From positions 1 to 34,313 of IMG/VR virus record IMGVR_UViG_3300025035_000066: a stretch of DNA of 34,313 bases; one strand, given 5' to 3'. Position 1 is the stretch's first letter; every line of letters begins with the position of its first letter. The DNA is from a virus. Its lineage: Duplodnaviria; Caudoviricetes. The position numbers and the translations under genes were made by a program. Shown piece by piece: positions 26,618 to 34,313 of this stretch. The notes under the pieces were generated by a model that saw only the letters and a list, made by a program, of their open reading frames with translations, made no database searches and was not told the DNA's origin.

Positions 26618-27227
26618 ATCAAATTTGAACACGTTCAGCGAGATCTTGGATGCCACTGGACCGGGGGAAACCAGGGTTTTGCACGGCACGGTAACGGTGC
26701 GTGAGGTGATGACCGAGATCCGAACCGGACAGTTTACCCACATTTATTTCGCCGGACACGGGGACGATCAGTCTCTGATGTTTTCAGACGGTCTTCTGAA
26801 CAAAGCGCTGCTGGCTGATTCCATCCAGGCGGCGGGGGCCATTATTCTGGTCCTGTTCAATTCGTGTCAGAGTTTGGGGCCGGCCTTGGCTGCGTACGGA
26901 GCGGGCGTCCATTATGTGATCGGCTGGCAAGGAAATGTTTCAGATTCCGCCGCAATCAACTACGCCTACGCCTTCTGGGCCACCTACCGGCTGAGCAATG
27001 ATGTGCATGTGGCTCACCGCACGGGCCGGGAGGCTGTGATCTTCGGCAACCCGGGCCACGAGACCCCGGACCTGATCAACGGACGCAACAGCGGCTATCA
27101 GCAACGGGTCGAGTCGCTACAGGTGCAAGTGAGCCGACAGCGCCAATGGCTGTTTGTCCTGATGGTGACAACGGTGGCTTCGCTGGTTATCGAGACGATC
27201 ACTCTGTTTTTGATGTGGGGGACGTGA
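26592..27227 (+). CDS. CHAT (caspase/HetF-like) cysteine protease with C-terminal coiled coil and TM anchor
   Basis: HIYFAGHG (H56) and LVLFNSCQS (C92) dyad; GVHYVIGW..NVSDSAA..YAYAFW; terminal hydrophobic helix. Confidence 0.85.
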   Translation: MKLLIVAPKSNLNTFSEILDATGPGETRVLHGTVTVREVMTEIRTGQFTHIYFAGHGDDQSLMFSDGLLNKALLADSIQAAGAIILVLFNSCQSLGPALAAYGAGVHYVIGWQGNVSDSAAINYAYAFWATYRLSNDVHVAHRTGREAVIFGNPGHETPDLINGRNSGYQQRVESLQVQVSRQRQWLFVLMVTTVASLVIETITLFLMWGT

Positions 27228-27246
27228 CCACCCCCACGGTTCCAAT

Positions 27247-27290
27247 AAAAAAGCCCCGGCCAGTGTTGCGCCGGGGCTTCGCTTATTCTT
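27247..27290. terminator. Bidirectional terminator between the convergent arms
   Basis: AAGCCCCGGC (27251-27260) / GCCGGGGCTT (27270-27279); A-tract on the left, T-rich on the right. Confidence 0.8.
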
Positions 27291-27472
27291 CACTTTTTAG
27301 ATTCAGCAATATTTTCTTGGGGTGCGATTCGTTTGAGTCTTGCCGCCCAGTATCCACCGGGGCAAGGTATCATCTTGCACTTGCGCGGCTTCCCAGCTAG
27401 ACACCCTTTGCAGGGTATCCATTCTTTATCCCAAACCAGCAAGTCAAAACTCATCTGCTTACTCTCCATCAA
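27290..27472 (-). CDS. Small hypothetical protein
   Basis: 60 aa, CxxC motif, GAGGGG RBS. Confidence 0.45.
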   Translation of the reverse strand: MMESKQMSFDLLVWDKEWIPCKGCLAGKPRKCKMIPCPGGYWAARLKRIAPQENIAESKK

Positions 27473-27926
27473 TCCCCTCCCTCAACCACGCTCCAAGCTC
27501 ATCTTCCACGAACCACATCCCAGCATCGCCCCAGGGCACCCGGATCACCTGCCCGGTCAATGGGTCAACATGATCGGCCACGATTGACGGTGCGACGTGT
27601 GCCCCCGCCCAGCGCCAGGATACCCGATAACCCTCGCCGGCCATCTTCTCGGCGGTGACGTCGAGGGTGTGGCTGTCGTACTTCTGCGGCTTCCACCCCT
27701 CCCCCAATGACCAGCGACGGGCGAAGGATTTGGCAGCGTACTCTGTGCGCCAGGCCAGGGTCATCCCGCCGCTTCCGGGCTGACCCGGGTGATCCTCGCA
27801 GAAGGTGATATTGCGCCCCAGGTGGATCAGCACCCAAAGGACTTGTCCCCCATGCCGGCGGGCTGACTGCTCGGCCAGGGCTTGGGACTGTCTGCGGGTT
27901 GTGTTGAAGGCGGTGAGTCGGGGCAT
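27459..27926 (-). CDS. Hypothetical protein
   Basis: 155 aa, AAGGA RBS, co-oriented in the operon. Confidence 0.6.
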   Translation of the reverse strand: MPRLTAFNTTRRQSQALAEQSARRHGGQVLWVLIHLGRNITFCEDHPGQPGSGGMTLAWRTEYAAKSFARRWSLGEGWKPQKYDSHTLDVTAEKMAGEGYRVSWRWAGAHVAPSIVADHVDPLTGQVIRVPWGDAGMWFVEDELGAWLREGIDGE

Positions 27927-27939
27927 GGGTTTACGGTCC

Positions 27940-29091
27940 TTAAACCAGCAGGGGTTGGTGTATTAGGTTGCCATCGTCCGAGATCATGATGGCAGGATGG
28001 GGGTCTGTGGCGTCGGCGTCGGCGGCTGACCATTTGCGGGGCCAGATGTCCTGTTCCCACATTTGCCTGATTCGGGTTTCCTCTTCGGCATTGATCAGAT
28101 CGATACCGGCCCGGCGCTGGATGTCCAGGATCGTGTCCAGGCCATAGGCCCGGCCCTCCATTGTCAGCGGCCCCATGCGCTGCACGTTGCGGGACCATTG
28201 TCCATCCTGGCGCATTTCCGGCTCAATTTTGCGCTTGCGCCATGCCGGGAGTTTAAGATCCCGGTACAGGGGCTTGAGCTCGAGCAGCGGCGCATAGCGG
28301 CTATATTCGGTGTGGGTGGCCAGTAGCCTCTCCAGGGCCGTGTCTCGGCTGGCCAGGGGGCAACCTACGCAGCCGGTGCGCACGTCGTCCTCCCCATAAA
28401 TGACGGCGATGCTATCGGCCTGATAGCCGTGTCGATCCTGCTCAAAGTAAAGCCAATCGTAGACATGACACAATCTCCAATGCAGCAAGGGTGATAATGT
28501 GTCGGCGAGACTGTCGGGCGTGGAAACCTGAAACCAACCCTGGCCACATTCCCCACTGTCTTTGCTGCACGAAATGGCAATGCGCTGATCTCGTGCAGCG
28601 CTTTCCCCCAAGCGAACACCCGTCAGCATGAGAAGCTTTTCCCCAGCGTCTTGTCTGAGTTGCCCCAGAGCCAGGTGCATTGGCTCGATCTTGATCTGGG
28701 GCGTACACCAGCGAAATGTGTTCGACGGCGGAGGGACGCCACGACCCAGCATGTAGACAAAATATCTATCATCCAGCTTGGGCAGCACGATCTTTGTTTG
28801 GATGCCATTGGCGGCCAACTGATCGAGGAGAACGGTTGCCCCATCCCGAAGGGGCGGCAACTCCATGCGGGTGTCCGCGTACATCACGGTTAGGCTGGCC
28901 GGGGCCGGGATCAGCCCGGATTGGACGGCCCAGGCCACAAAGATCACGGTGGCGGTGCTGTCCTTGCCTCCAGAATAAGCAATCGTCCAGTGGTTGTACT
29001 TTTCGCCATAGGCGGCAAGACTGGCGAGAGATTGCTCGATTGAGGAATCTAGGCTTGTGCGCTTGTCGTCGAAAAGGCTATTTTGTCTCAT
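27940..29091 (-). CDS. PAPS reductase-family PP-loop protein, DndC-like
   Basis: YSGGKDST, YADTRMELP, RWCT..IKIEPM, LTGVRLGESAARD, RTGCVGCPL, GPLT..GR, LINAEEE..IRQMW. Confidence 0.85.
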   Translation of the reverse strand: MRQNSLFDDKRTSLDSSIEQSLASLAAYGEKYNHWTIAYSGGKDSTATVIFVAWAVQSGLIPAPASLTVMYADTRMELPPLRDGATVLLDQLAANGIQTKIVLPKLDDRYFVYMLGRGVPPPSNTFRWCTPQIKIEPMHLALGQLRQDAGEKLLMLTGVRLGESAARDQRIAISCSKDSGECGQGWFQVSTPDSLADTLSPLLHWRLCHVYDWLYFEQDRHGYQADSIAVIYGEDDVRTGCVGCPLASRDTALERLLATHTEYSRYAPLLELKPLYRDLKLPAWRKRKIEPEMRQDGQWSRNVQRMGPLTMEGRAYGLDTILDIQRRAGIDLINAEEETRIRQMWEQDIWPRKWSAADADATDPHPAIMISDDGNLIHQPLLV

Positions 29092-29122
29092 GGGTCTACG
29101 GTCCTCATACGGGGTGCGTTGG

Positions 29123-29338
29123 CTAGGACGGGTCAGTCCAGAAGTTGATGAGCTTGGCCGGGGTGGGCAACTGTTTGCGCTTGCGGACTTCGTCCAGCCA
29201 CACTTTGTACGGATGATACTTTCGCTCTCCGAAGGGGTAGGCGTCCCGGAGCAGCTTGGTCATCTGCTCCGGGGTGGCCGTAGGGTTGTCGCGATACACT
29301 TGATCGATGACTGAGCGGGCCTTCTCTCGCCAGTTCAC
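29123..29338 (-). CDS. Small hypothetical phage protein
   Basis: 71 aa with YPFGERKYHPYKVW; GGAGG RBS; GTGA overlap. Confidence 0.65.
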   Translation of the reverse strand: MNWREKARSVIDQVYRDNPTATPEQMTKLLRDAYPFGERKYHPYKVWLDEVRKRKQLPTPAKLINFWTDPS

Positions 29339-29553
29339 TCCTCACCTCCCGGAAATAACTCCCGATAACATTTGTCACAGATCCCCACGTCGCCGGCCAC
29401 GCTGTGTTTGGCCATGTGGAAGGTGCCGGTTGCGCTCCACTTATGGCAGACCGGACAGAGGGCGGGCAGGCTATCAGTCACCCAATAGCGGAGGCGATAC
29501 CACGCACCCCGGATCTTGTATTGGATTCGCTTGATGTTGAGTTTTGTGGACAT
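29335..29553 (-). CDS. Small Zn-finger protein
   Basis: ATG 29553 after GGAGG; CPVC...CDKC. Confidence 0.6.
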   Translation of the reverse strand: MSTKLNIKRIQYKIRGAWYRLRYWVTDSLPALCPVCHKWSATGTFHMAKHSVAGDVGICDKCYRELFPGGEE

Positions 29554-29573
29554 CGATCTTCCTCCATGTTCCC

Positions 29574-30203
29574 TTAGCTGGCCTGGGCTATTTCCAAGAC
29601 GACCCGCCCACACTCTGGACAGGCCCACAGTTGCCGTACCTCGTCCCTAACTCGCTGATGGGCATCTCCAATCCAATCGCACCCGAAACAGGCGTAACGT
29701 TGTGGTGCCAGGACCGGGGCGAACCGTAAATCGACCTCGTGCAATTCTAGTTCAACCTCTTGGCCAAGGTTCTCCACTTCCAATTCTTCCCGCACGGCCT
29801 TGAGCAGATCCGACACTCTGACACAGCCAAAGAAATTCCCATCAAGCAGGCTCACGTCCGAACCGTTGATGCTGGCGACCAGATGTAGCGCCGGGGGCGG
29901 GGGCGCGTCCATGCGGAAATACTTTTCAGTCGGTTCACCTTCCGGCGTGAGTTTTTCGCCCCAATGCTGCCCGTCCTCATCCATGCCATCGTAGCGGAAT
30001 GCCGGCGTGGACGTGGGCTTGGCTTCCATCGCCTTCTGAACACAGAGCAGCTCGTACATCGCCAGTTTCAGATCGGTGATCTCATAATCGGCGCTCATGT
30101 CGCCGGCTTCCAGGCGGGCGTAGGCGTCGGTCAGGTCGGCCTGGGTCTGGTGGTAGACGACCAGGTCTTCATCGGCGAGCGGGATCAGTAGGGCTTTCGT
30201 CAT
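29574..30203 (-). CDS. Hypothetical protein with C-terminal Zn ribbon
   Basis: ATG 30203 after GGAGGA; CFGC...CPECG. Confidence 0.65.
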   Translation of the reverse strand: MTKALLIPLADEDLVVYHQTQADLTDAYARLEAGDMSADYEITDLKLAMYELLCVQKAMEAKPTSTPAFRYDGMDEDGQHWGEKLTPEGEPTEKYFRMDAPPPPALHLVASINGSDVSLLDGNFFGCVRVSDLLKAVREELEVENLGQEVELELHEVDLRFAPVLAPQRYACFGCDWIGDAHQRVRDEVRQLWACPECGRVVLEIAQAS

Positions 30204-30418
30204 TGTGCTAGTTCCTCCAACTGGATAGTATTCGCCTGCCCGGTATCCACCCCGGCCACGGTGCATTCGTAGCAGCGGGGTAGCCCGTCCAGGCTGCGGA
30301 CGGCTTGGTGATGGGGCTTGGGCAGCGGTCGCCGCGGGCCGATGGTCGGGATATGGTCTCTGCATCGGGTGCGGGTCACACTGTCCCAACAGATATAGGT
30401 ATAGGTTGGGATAGGCAT
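30200..30418 (-). CDS. Small hypothetical protein
   Basis: AGGAGAG RBS; ATGA overlap with the next gene. Confidence 0.55.
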   Translation of the reverse strand: MPIPTYTYICWDSVTRTRCRDHIPTIGPRRPLPKPHHQAVRSLDGLPRCYECTVAGVDTGQANTIQLEELAQ

Positions 30419-30535
30419 TTGGTTCTCTCCTGTCTTTTCCAGGACCGCCCCGGTGCGCCGTTTTGCCTGTCACCGGTCAATGTGTGCGGAGGGTCCGGCT
30501 GGGGCTTGTGGCGGGCTGGGTAGCCGCCCTAGACC

Positions 30536-30651
30536 TGTTTGGCTGTTCGCTGTTCGGCTGTTCGCTGTTCGCTCCCCTGTTCTGTCCAGAAAGACTTAAA
30601 TCTGACCTTTCAGATCCATACAGAACAGGGGAACACCCGAACACCTAAACA
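30536..30651. repeat. Convergent TGTTY / RAACA repeat array with a 13-bp inverted repeat
   Basis: TGTTY at 30536, 30544, 30551, 30559, 30566, 30578; RAACA at 30623, 30631, 30639, 30647; TCCCCTGTTCTGT (30573-30585) / ACAGAACAGGGGA (30620-30632). Confidence 0.85.
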
Positions 30652-30654
30652 AAA

Positions 30655-31203
30655 TCAATGCACCTTGGCTCTGCTTGGGTGGCCGATGGCTTTGATTAGT
30701 TGGTAGGATTTCCAGAACGTGGCGAGCAGGTAGTTGTGCAGCACGTTGTCGCTACCCGGATTGTGATACGTACGACGCACCTGTCCGGGCACGATGCCGT
30801 TCCGCCTGTCCCGTCCGATCTGGACGGTTGCCATATTGGTTCGTCCGTCGCCAGCGAACCCGTTGATGGCGATGATCTCCCGACGATCTTTGGCGAGGCT
30901 TGGCTGAGTAGTCTGATCGTTGCTCAACCAGGCCTCGGTGGCCATGAAGACGGCCAAGAGCGTGGCGGTCGGGAATCTCTTGACGAATGTGTTAGCTATC
31001 GCAGCCATGAACGCTTCCTTCTCTTGTGGAATCCCGTCCATCAACATGAGTGCTTCGGCCTTGACTGCCCGCGGGGTGCAAGTCGGGTCTGCGTAGATGC
31101 AAAGGATATGGGGCAGTAACTCGGTTGGGTTGGCCTGGATCATAGCCAAGGTGCTCTCCACCTCCCTGTCTAGCATGTCGTTGAAGTCTTGGTTACTGAT
31201 CAT
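30655..31203 (-). CDS. Hypothetical protein
   Basis: ATG 31203 after AAGGAGAG; VFMATEAW...RREII motif. Confidence 0.65.
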   Translation of the reverse strand: MISNQDFNDMLDREVESTLAMIQANPTELLPHILCIYADPTCTPRAVKAEALMLMDGIPQEKEAFMAAIANTFVKRFPTATLLAVFMATEAWLSNDQTTQPSLAKDRREIIAINGFAGDGRTNMATVQIGRDRRNGIVPGQVRRTYHNPGSDNVLHNYLLATFWKSYQLIKAIGHPSRAKVH

Positions 31204-31717
31204 CGGTCTCTCCTTCTTCGTCTTGGAGCTCGTCCAGATCGTCATCATCGGCGGGGATTGCACAGGTCCACCCCGTTGCGGCGTAGAGGGTGGGCGCCCG
31301 GCCTGGCCGGGTGGTGGGGGCCGGGCCGACTGCAACGGCCCGGCCCTCTTCGACCAGACGCCCCAGGTTGACAGTTATGGTCTGATAGGCGATGCCGGTC
31401 TCGTTGGCGATCATGGCGGCGGTCTTGGCCGTAGGGACGATGGCCAGCCAGATTTGCTCCTTGGTCCCCACTACGTCTTTCAAGGCGGCCAGGGCTGCCA
31501 GCCTGCGGCTTGCCGGCTGGTCAAGGGAGCGGCTGTCAAGGAATTGGCGTACATGGGGCTGGTTGGCGTAGGCGGCGACTTCATTGAGCCGTTCGGCAAT
31601 GGACAGCATGTCGTCCATAAGCCGTATCTGCACGCCAGGCACATGGGCCAGGGCTGCACAGATCTCGGCGGTGATGTCGCTGAGCACGACGCCCAAGGTG
31701 AAGGGAGAGGCCATCAC
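31193..31717 (-). CDS. Winged-HTH DNA-binding protein
   Basis: KTAAMIANETGIAYQTITVNLGRLVEEG...GRAPTLY; acidic tail; GGGGAGG RBS. Confidence 0.7.
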   Translation of the reverse strand: MMASPFTLGVVLSDITAEICAALAHVPGVQIRLMDDMLSIAERLNEVAAYANQPHVRQFLDSRSLDQPASRRLAALAALKDVVGTKEQIWLAIVPTAKTAAMIANETGIAYQTITVNLGRLVEEGRAVAVGPAPTTRPGRAPTLYAATGWTCAIPADDDDLDELQDEEGETDDQ

Positions 31718-33114
31718 TGCACCTCCCCGTCTGCAGTGGCGGCCACCCAGCGGATGGAGCGATCCATGATCAGGGTGGGTTCAAAGGTATCATTGTCCAG
31801 ATTCAAGGTGCGGCGGGCCATGTCGATACCGGACACGCTGGGCGTGTCGGAAAGGCCCAGGCTGCGAATGCTGGCGGGCCGGTCGCCCAGGCTGACCAGG
31901 GACTGGCGGGTAAGGGTGACGATAGCGGAAAGTTGGCTTTGGATTTCTGCTATGTCCCGGCTGGCAGCGTCCGGGAGCAAGATTTTCTCCCGTAGCTGAC
32001 GGATCATGGCGTCGGCGTCGGCGTCCCCGAAGAAGTTGAGCTTGCCGATCTGCTCAACCATCTTGGAAAGTTGTACAATGCTGCGGGCATGGAGACTCTC
32101 CTTGCCCTGGAGCTTGCCCAACACGTCTCGGCACGTGTCGAAGATGAGTCCGGTGAATTGACCCCGGATGTCGGCCATGAAGCCGGTGACGAGCTGCTCC
32201 TTCTGTTTGCGGGCCGCCTCTACGATGTCCCGGTTCATGGCTTCCATCATTTCCGCTTTGACTTGGGCGGCGCTGCGGGCGGCCAGGGTCTCGGCCCGGA
32301 GCTTCTCTTCTGTAGCCCATTCCTGTTCCCGCTCCAGATGGCGTCGGGCCTGCATGCGGTCGATGTCCAGGTCGGTCTGGATGCGAATGCCCTGGGCCCG
32401 AGCGGCGTCTTCGGCCAAGAGGCTGGGTAGAGGGATATAGAGGAGTTCCAATTCAAAACCGAAGCTGGTATAAATCTCATTCTTGGACGGTATGCGGGCC
32501 AAGATATTGGTGACGAAGGTGACCACGAAAGTTTCTTCGTCCTGGTCCTTGAGGGCGGCCGGGGAGATCTGGGCGAGGCGACGGTAAGCCATGTGAGCGG
32601 CCTGGCGATACTCGGTGCGCATCTGGGCAACCCAACCGTCATATCCGGCCAGCATCTTGTCTCGAAGAGCGAAATACTCGGCTTCCAGAGCGGTCATGTC
32701 GTCCTTGAGCTCTTGATAGGCAGTGACCGGGACGAATTGGCCCCAATAGGTCTGAAAACTGGCGTTACCCAGCCGGGTTCGGGCCTTGCTGTCCAGGTTA
32801 TCCAGTTGGCGGATGGTCGCTTTGGGCATGAGCATCTTTTCGCCCAGGTGCATGAGATCGTCCAGGGATTTGCTGTGTTCGCTGTCGATGCCCAAATCCT
32901 GACTGTCCAGCCGGGTCTTGCCCCGCCAGCGGCGGATGTGCAACCGGGCGATGACGCCGGCCCGCATGTGCTTGAGCCAGTCGGCGTCCAGGAGCCGGAC
33001 ACTGCTACCGGTCTCGGCCTCGATGCGTTCGATGTCTGCCTGTATGAGACTGCTTTGAGTGTCTTGCGCCACGATCCACTCCTGTGCTAGAATGATGCTT
33101 GATTGTGACTTCAT
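31714..33114 (-). CDS. DUF3150-like coiled-coil protein
   Basis: ATG 33114 after AAAGGA; LHIRRWRGKTRL...DLGI...LGEKMLMP...FVPV motifs recalled for this family. Confidence 0.55.
   Translation of the reverse strand: MKSQSSIILAQEWIVAQDTQSSLIQADIERIEAETGSSVRLLDADWLKHMRAGVIARLHIRRWRGKTRLDSQDLGIDSEHSKSLDDLMHLGEKMLMPKATIRQLDNLDSKARTRLGNASFQTYWGQFVPVTAYQELKDDMTALEAEYFALRDKMLAGYDGWVAQMRTEYRQAAHMAYRRLAQISPAALKDQDEETFVVTFVTNILARIPSKNEIYTSFGFELELLYIPLPSLLAEDAARAQGIRIQTDLDIDRMQARRHLEREQEWATEEKLRAETLAARSAAQVKAEMMEAMNRDIVEAARKQKEQLVTGFMADIRGQFTGLIFDTCRDVLGKLQGKESLHARSIVQLSKMVEQIGKLNFFGDADADAMIRQLREKILLPDAASRDIAEIQSQLSAIVTLTRQSLVSLGDRPASIRSLGLSDTPSVSGIDMARRTLNLDNDTFEPTLIMDRSIRWVAATADGEVQ
33064..33093 (+). 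promoter_or_regulatory. Antisense promoter inside the DUF3150-like gene 5' end
   Basis: TTGCGC (33064-33069), 18 bp, TAGAAT (33088-33093) preceded by TGc; GTGCTAGAAT is identical to the promoter at 1059-1068. Confidence 0.55.
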
Positions 33115-33174
33115 GGCTGATGTCCTTTCGCTAGGCCCGGTCGGTGCTCCTAACACCGACCGGGCTTTTCGTTT
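33100..33174 (+). ncRNA. Predicted ~70-nt antisense RNA
   Basis: Bounded by the + strand promoter and a + strand terminator; complementary to the start codon and RBS of the gene starting at 33114. Confidence 0.5.
33135..33174 (+). terminator. Intrinsic terminator, + strand
   Basis: Perfect 12-bp stem GCCCGGTCGGTG / CACCGACCGGGC followed by TTTTCGTTT. Confidence 0.8.
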
Positions 33175-33198
33175 GCGGGTTGACGGAAGGGGGTTACT

Positions 33199-33432
33199 TC
33201 AAATTCTCGACAATGTACCGGGCCGCCGTGGTCGGACTGTCCGTCTCAGCTTCCTCGCCATTGTCCATGACGGAGTAGGTGTCGGTTTGGCAAAGTAGGC
33301 AGTGACATCGTCAAAAGCCTCATTGCGAGTTTTTCTAGCGTCTCCCACGGTTAGCCATTGCGCCCGTTGCTTCACTTGGGCAATGAACCCCTCTGTTGTT
33401 TTCCGTAATCTGTGTGCTGGCAATGTTTTCAC
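33199..33432 (-). CDS. Small basic hypothetical protein
   Basis: GTG 33432 after AAGGAG; 77 aa. Confidence 0.55.
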   Translation of the reverse strand: MKTLPAHRLRKTTEGFIAQVKQRAQWLTVGDARKTRNEAFDDVTAYFAKPTPTPSWTMARKLRRTVRPRRPGTLSRI

Positions 33433-33476
33433 GATTTTATCTCCTTGTGTGGGTGGTGGGGACGGGGGAATGTAGC

Positions 33477-33674
33477 TTAGTCGGTCTTGATGCGCCAGCC
33501 GTTGCGCACTCGCTTGCCCTGCCAGACCGAGTTTGTCGGCCAAAGTTGGGGACATGCGGCCTGGGCCTCGGCCTTGGTGGGGTATTTGTACCCCTCTTGC
33601 ACGGGGGTCCCTGTGCTGTCAGTGAGAAACCATGTGCCGTCGTAGTCCGGTGTTGCGAAAATCGTTTTGTACAT
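33477..33674 (-). CDS. Small hypothetical protein
   Basis: ATG 33674 after AAGGA; 65 aa. Confidence 0.6.
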   Translation of the reverse strand: MYKTIFATPDYDGTWFLTDSTGTPVQEGYKYPTKAEAQAACPQLWPTNSVWQGKRVRNGWRIKTD

Positions 33675-33730
33675 TTTCCGTTTCCTTGGTTGATTATGCC
33701 GGGTTCGGGGGATGCCCTGGCGGGTGGTGG

Positions 33731-33937
33731 CTACTCGGCCAGCCATTCCTCGATTTCGTTCAGGCTGTCAAAGCGGCAGATGTCTGTCTGGTGCGGGTAG
33801 CTGGCGTTGGGGTGGACGTGGTAGGTGGGCTTGGCTCCGAAGTCATCGTTTGGGTCGATAAATTTGTCGGTGCGCACCGCCCAGGCCCGGCCTTGCTCCT
33901 GCAATTTCTTGGTGATGCGGTCGTGTTGCTTGCTCAT
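33731..33937 (-). CDS. Small hypothetical early protein
   Basis: AAGGAG RBS; first gene after the consensus promoter. Confidence 0.65.
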   Translation of the reverse strand: MSKQHDRITKKLQEQGRAWAVRTDKFIDPNDDFGAKPTYHVHPNASYPHQTDICRFDSLNEIEEWLAE

Positions 33938-33993
33938 CTGTCGTCTCCTTGTGCGTGGGTGGTGGGGCCTCCCCGTTGGATTCCCCTATGAAT

Positions 33994-34022
33994 ATTATAA
34001 TCCCATTCTGTCTAAATGTCAA
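33994..34022 (-). promoter_or_regulatory. Perfect consensus sigma70 promoter (early)
   Basis: Minus strand TTGACA (34022-34017), 17 bp, TATAAT (33999-33994). Confidence 0.9.
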
Positions 34023-34120
34023 GTTTAAGTTTCAACAAACATGCAATTGACTTTTAATCCGTGGGGGAAGTAGCTTTGATTCCCCCTCCCCAGGGGTAAA
34101 CCTGGGAAGGGGACGGCGGC

Positions 34121-34312
34121 TCACAGCAGGTTGAGGGTGCGCCCCCCGTCCTTGCTGGTCTGGATGGCTTTGTCCAGCGTGCCCCGGTCGGCCAGGAGCT
34201 TGCGGTACTTGGCCGGGAGCAGGTCGGTGTCGTTGCATTCTTTGATGGCAATCAGCGTCATAAACTGGATGTCGGCGGTGCTGGGGGACAGGCGGGAGAA
34301 GGCGGCGGCCAG
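34121..34312 (-). CDS. 3' end of a CDS truncated by the window, possibly an AAA ATPase
   Basis: Open minus frame ...LAAAFSRLSPSTADIQFMTLIAIKECNDTDLLPAKYRKLL...LNLL*; resemblance to AAA ATPase C-termini is from memory only. Confidence 0.45.
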   Translation of the reverse strand: MAAAFSRLSPSTADIQFMTLIAIKECNDTDLLPAKYRKLLADRGTLDKAIQTSKDGGRTLNLL

Positions 34313-34313
34313 G

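Noticed and set aside
30536-30651. CRISPR array or tRNA
   Set aside because: Units are 5-8 bp with no unique spacers and no cloverleaf; reported as a repeat element instead.
31097-31999. 300-aa + strand Gly-rich ORF
   Set aside because: Antisense shadow of the wHTH and DUF3150-like genes.
34047-34076. Divergent + strand promoter TTGACT-18-TAGCTT
   Set aside because: Weak -10 and no + strand gene downstream within the window.

Overview
The window is a large segment of a GC-rich tailed (siphovirus-like) phage or prophage. The + strand (about 1-27230) holds the late arm: an HTH/Zn-ribbon protein, a lower-GC cassette (ParB-like fusion, UDP-galactopyranose mutase, GREB1/TET-associated-type glycosyltransferase), TerS, TerL, a portal-MuF fusion, protease/scaffold, decoration and major capsid proteins, neck and tail genes with a -1 frameshifted tail chaperone, tape measure and tail tip proteins. 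Where lysis genes normally sit there are two paralogous membrane proteins, a stand-alone receiver domain and a membrane-anchored CHAT (caspase-like) protease, and no recognisable endolysin. The - strand (about 27290-34313) holds early/accessory genes: a DndC-like PP-loop enzyme, a wHTH protein, a DUF3150-like protein and small ORFs downstream of a perfect TTGACA-17-TATAAT promoter. Main leads: possible packaging-linked galactofuranosylation; the membrane/REC/caspase-like module; a 4-bp insertion that breaks the TerL Walker A motif; a predicted ~70-nt antisense RNA over an RBS; promoter-terminator units ahead of both late operons; and a convergent GAACA/TGTTC repeat element. No integrase, repressor, tRNA or CRISPR array was seen. 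All family calls come from motif recognition by eye, not database searches.
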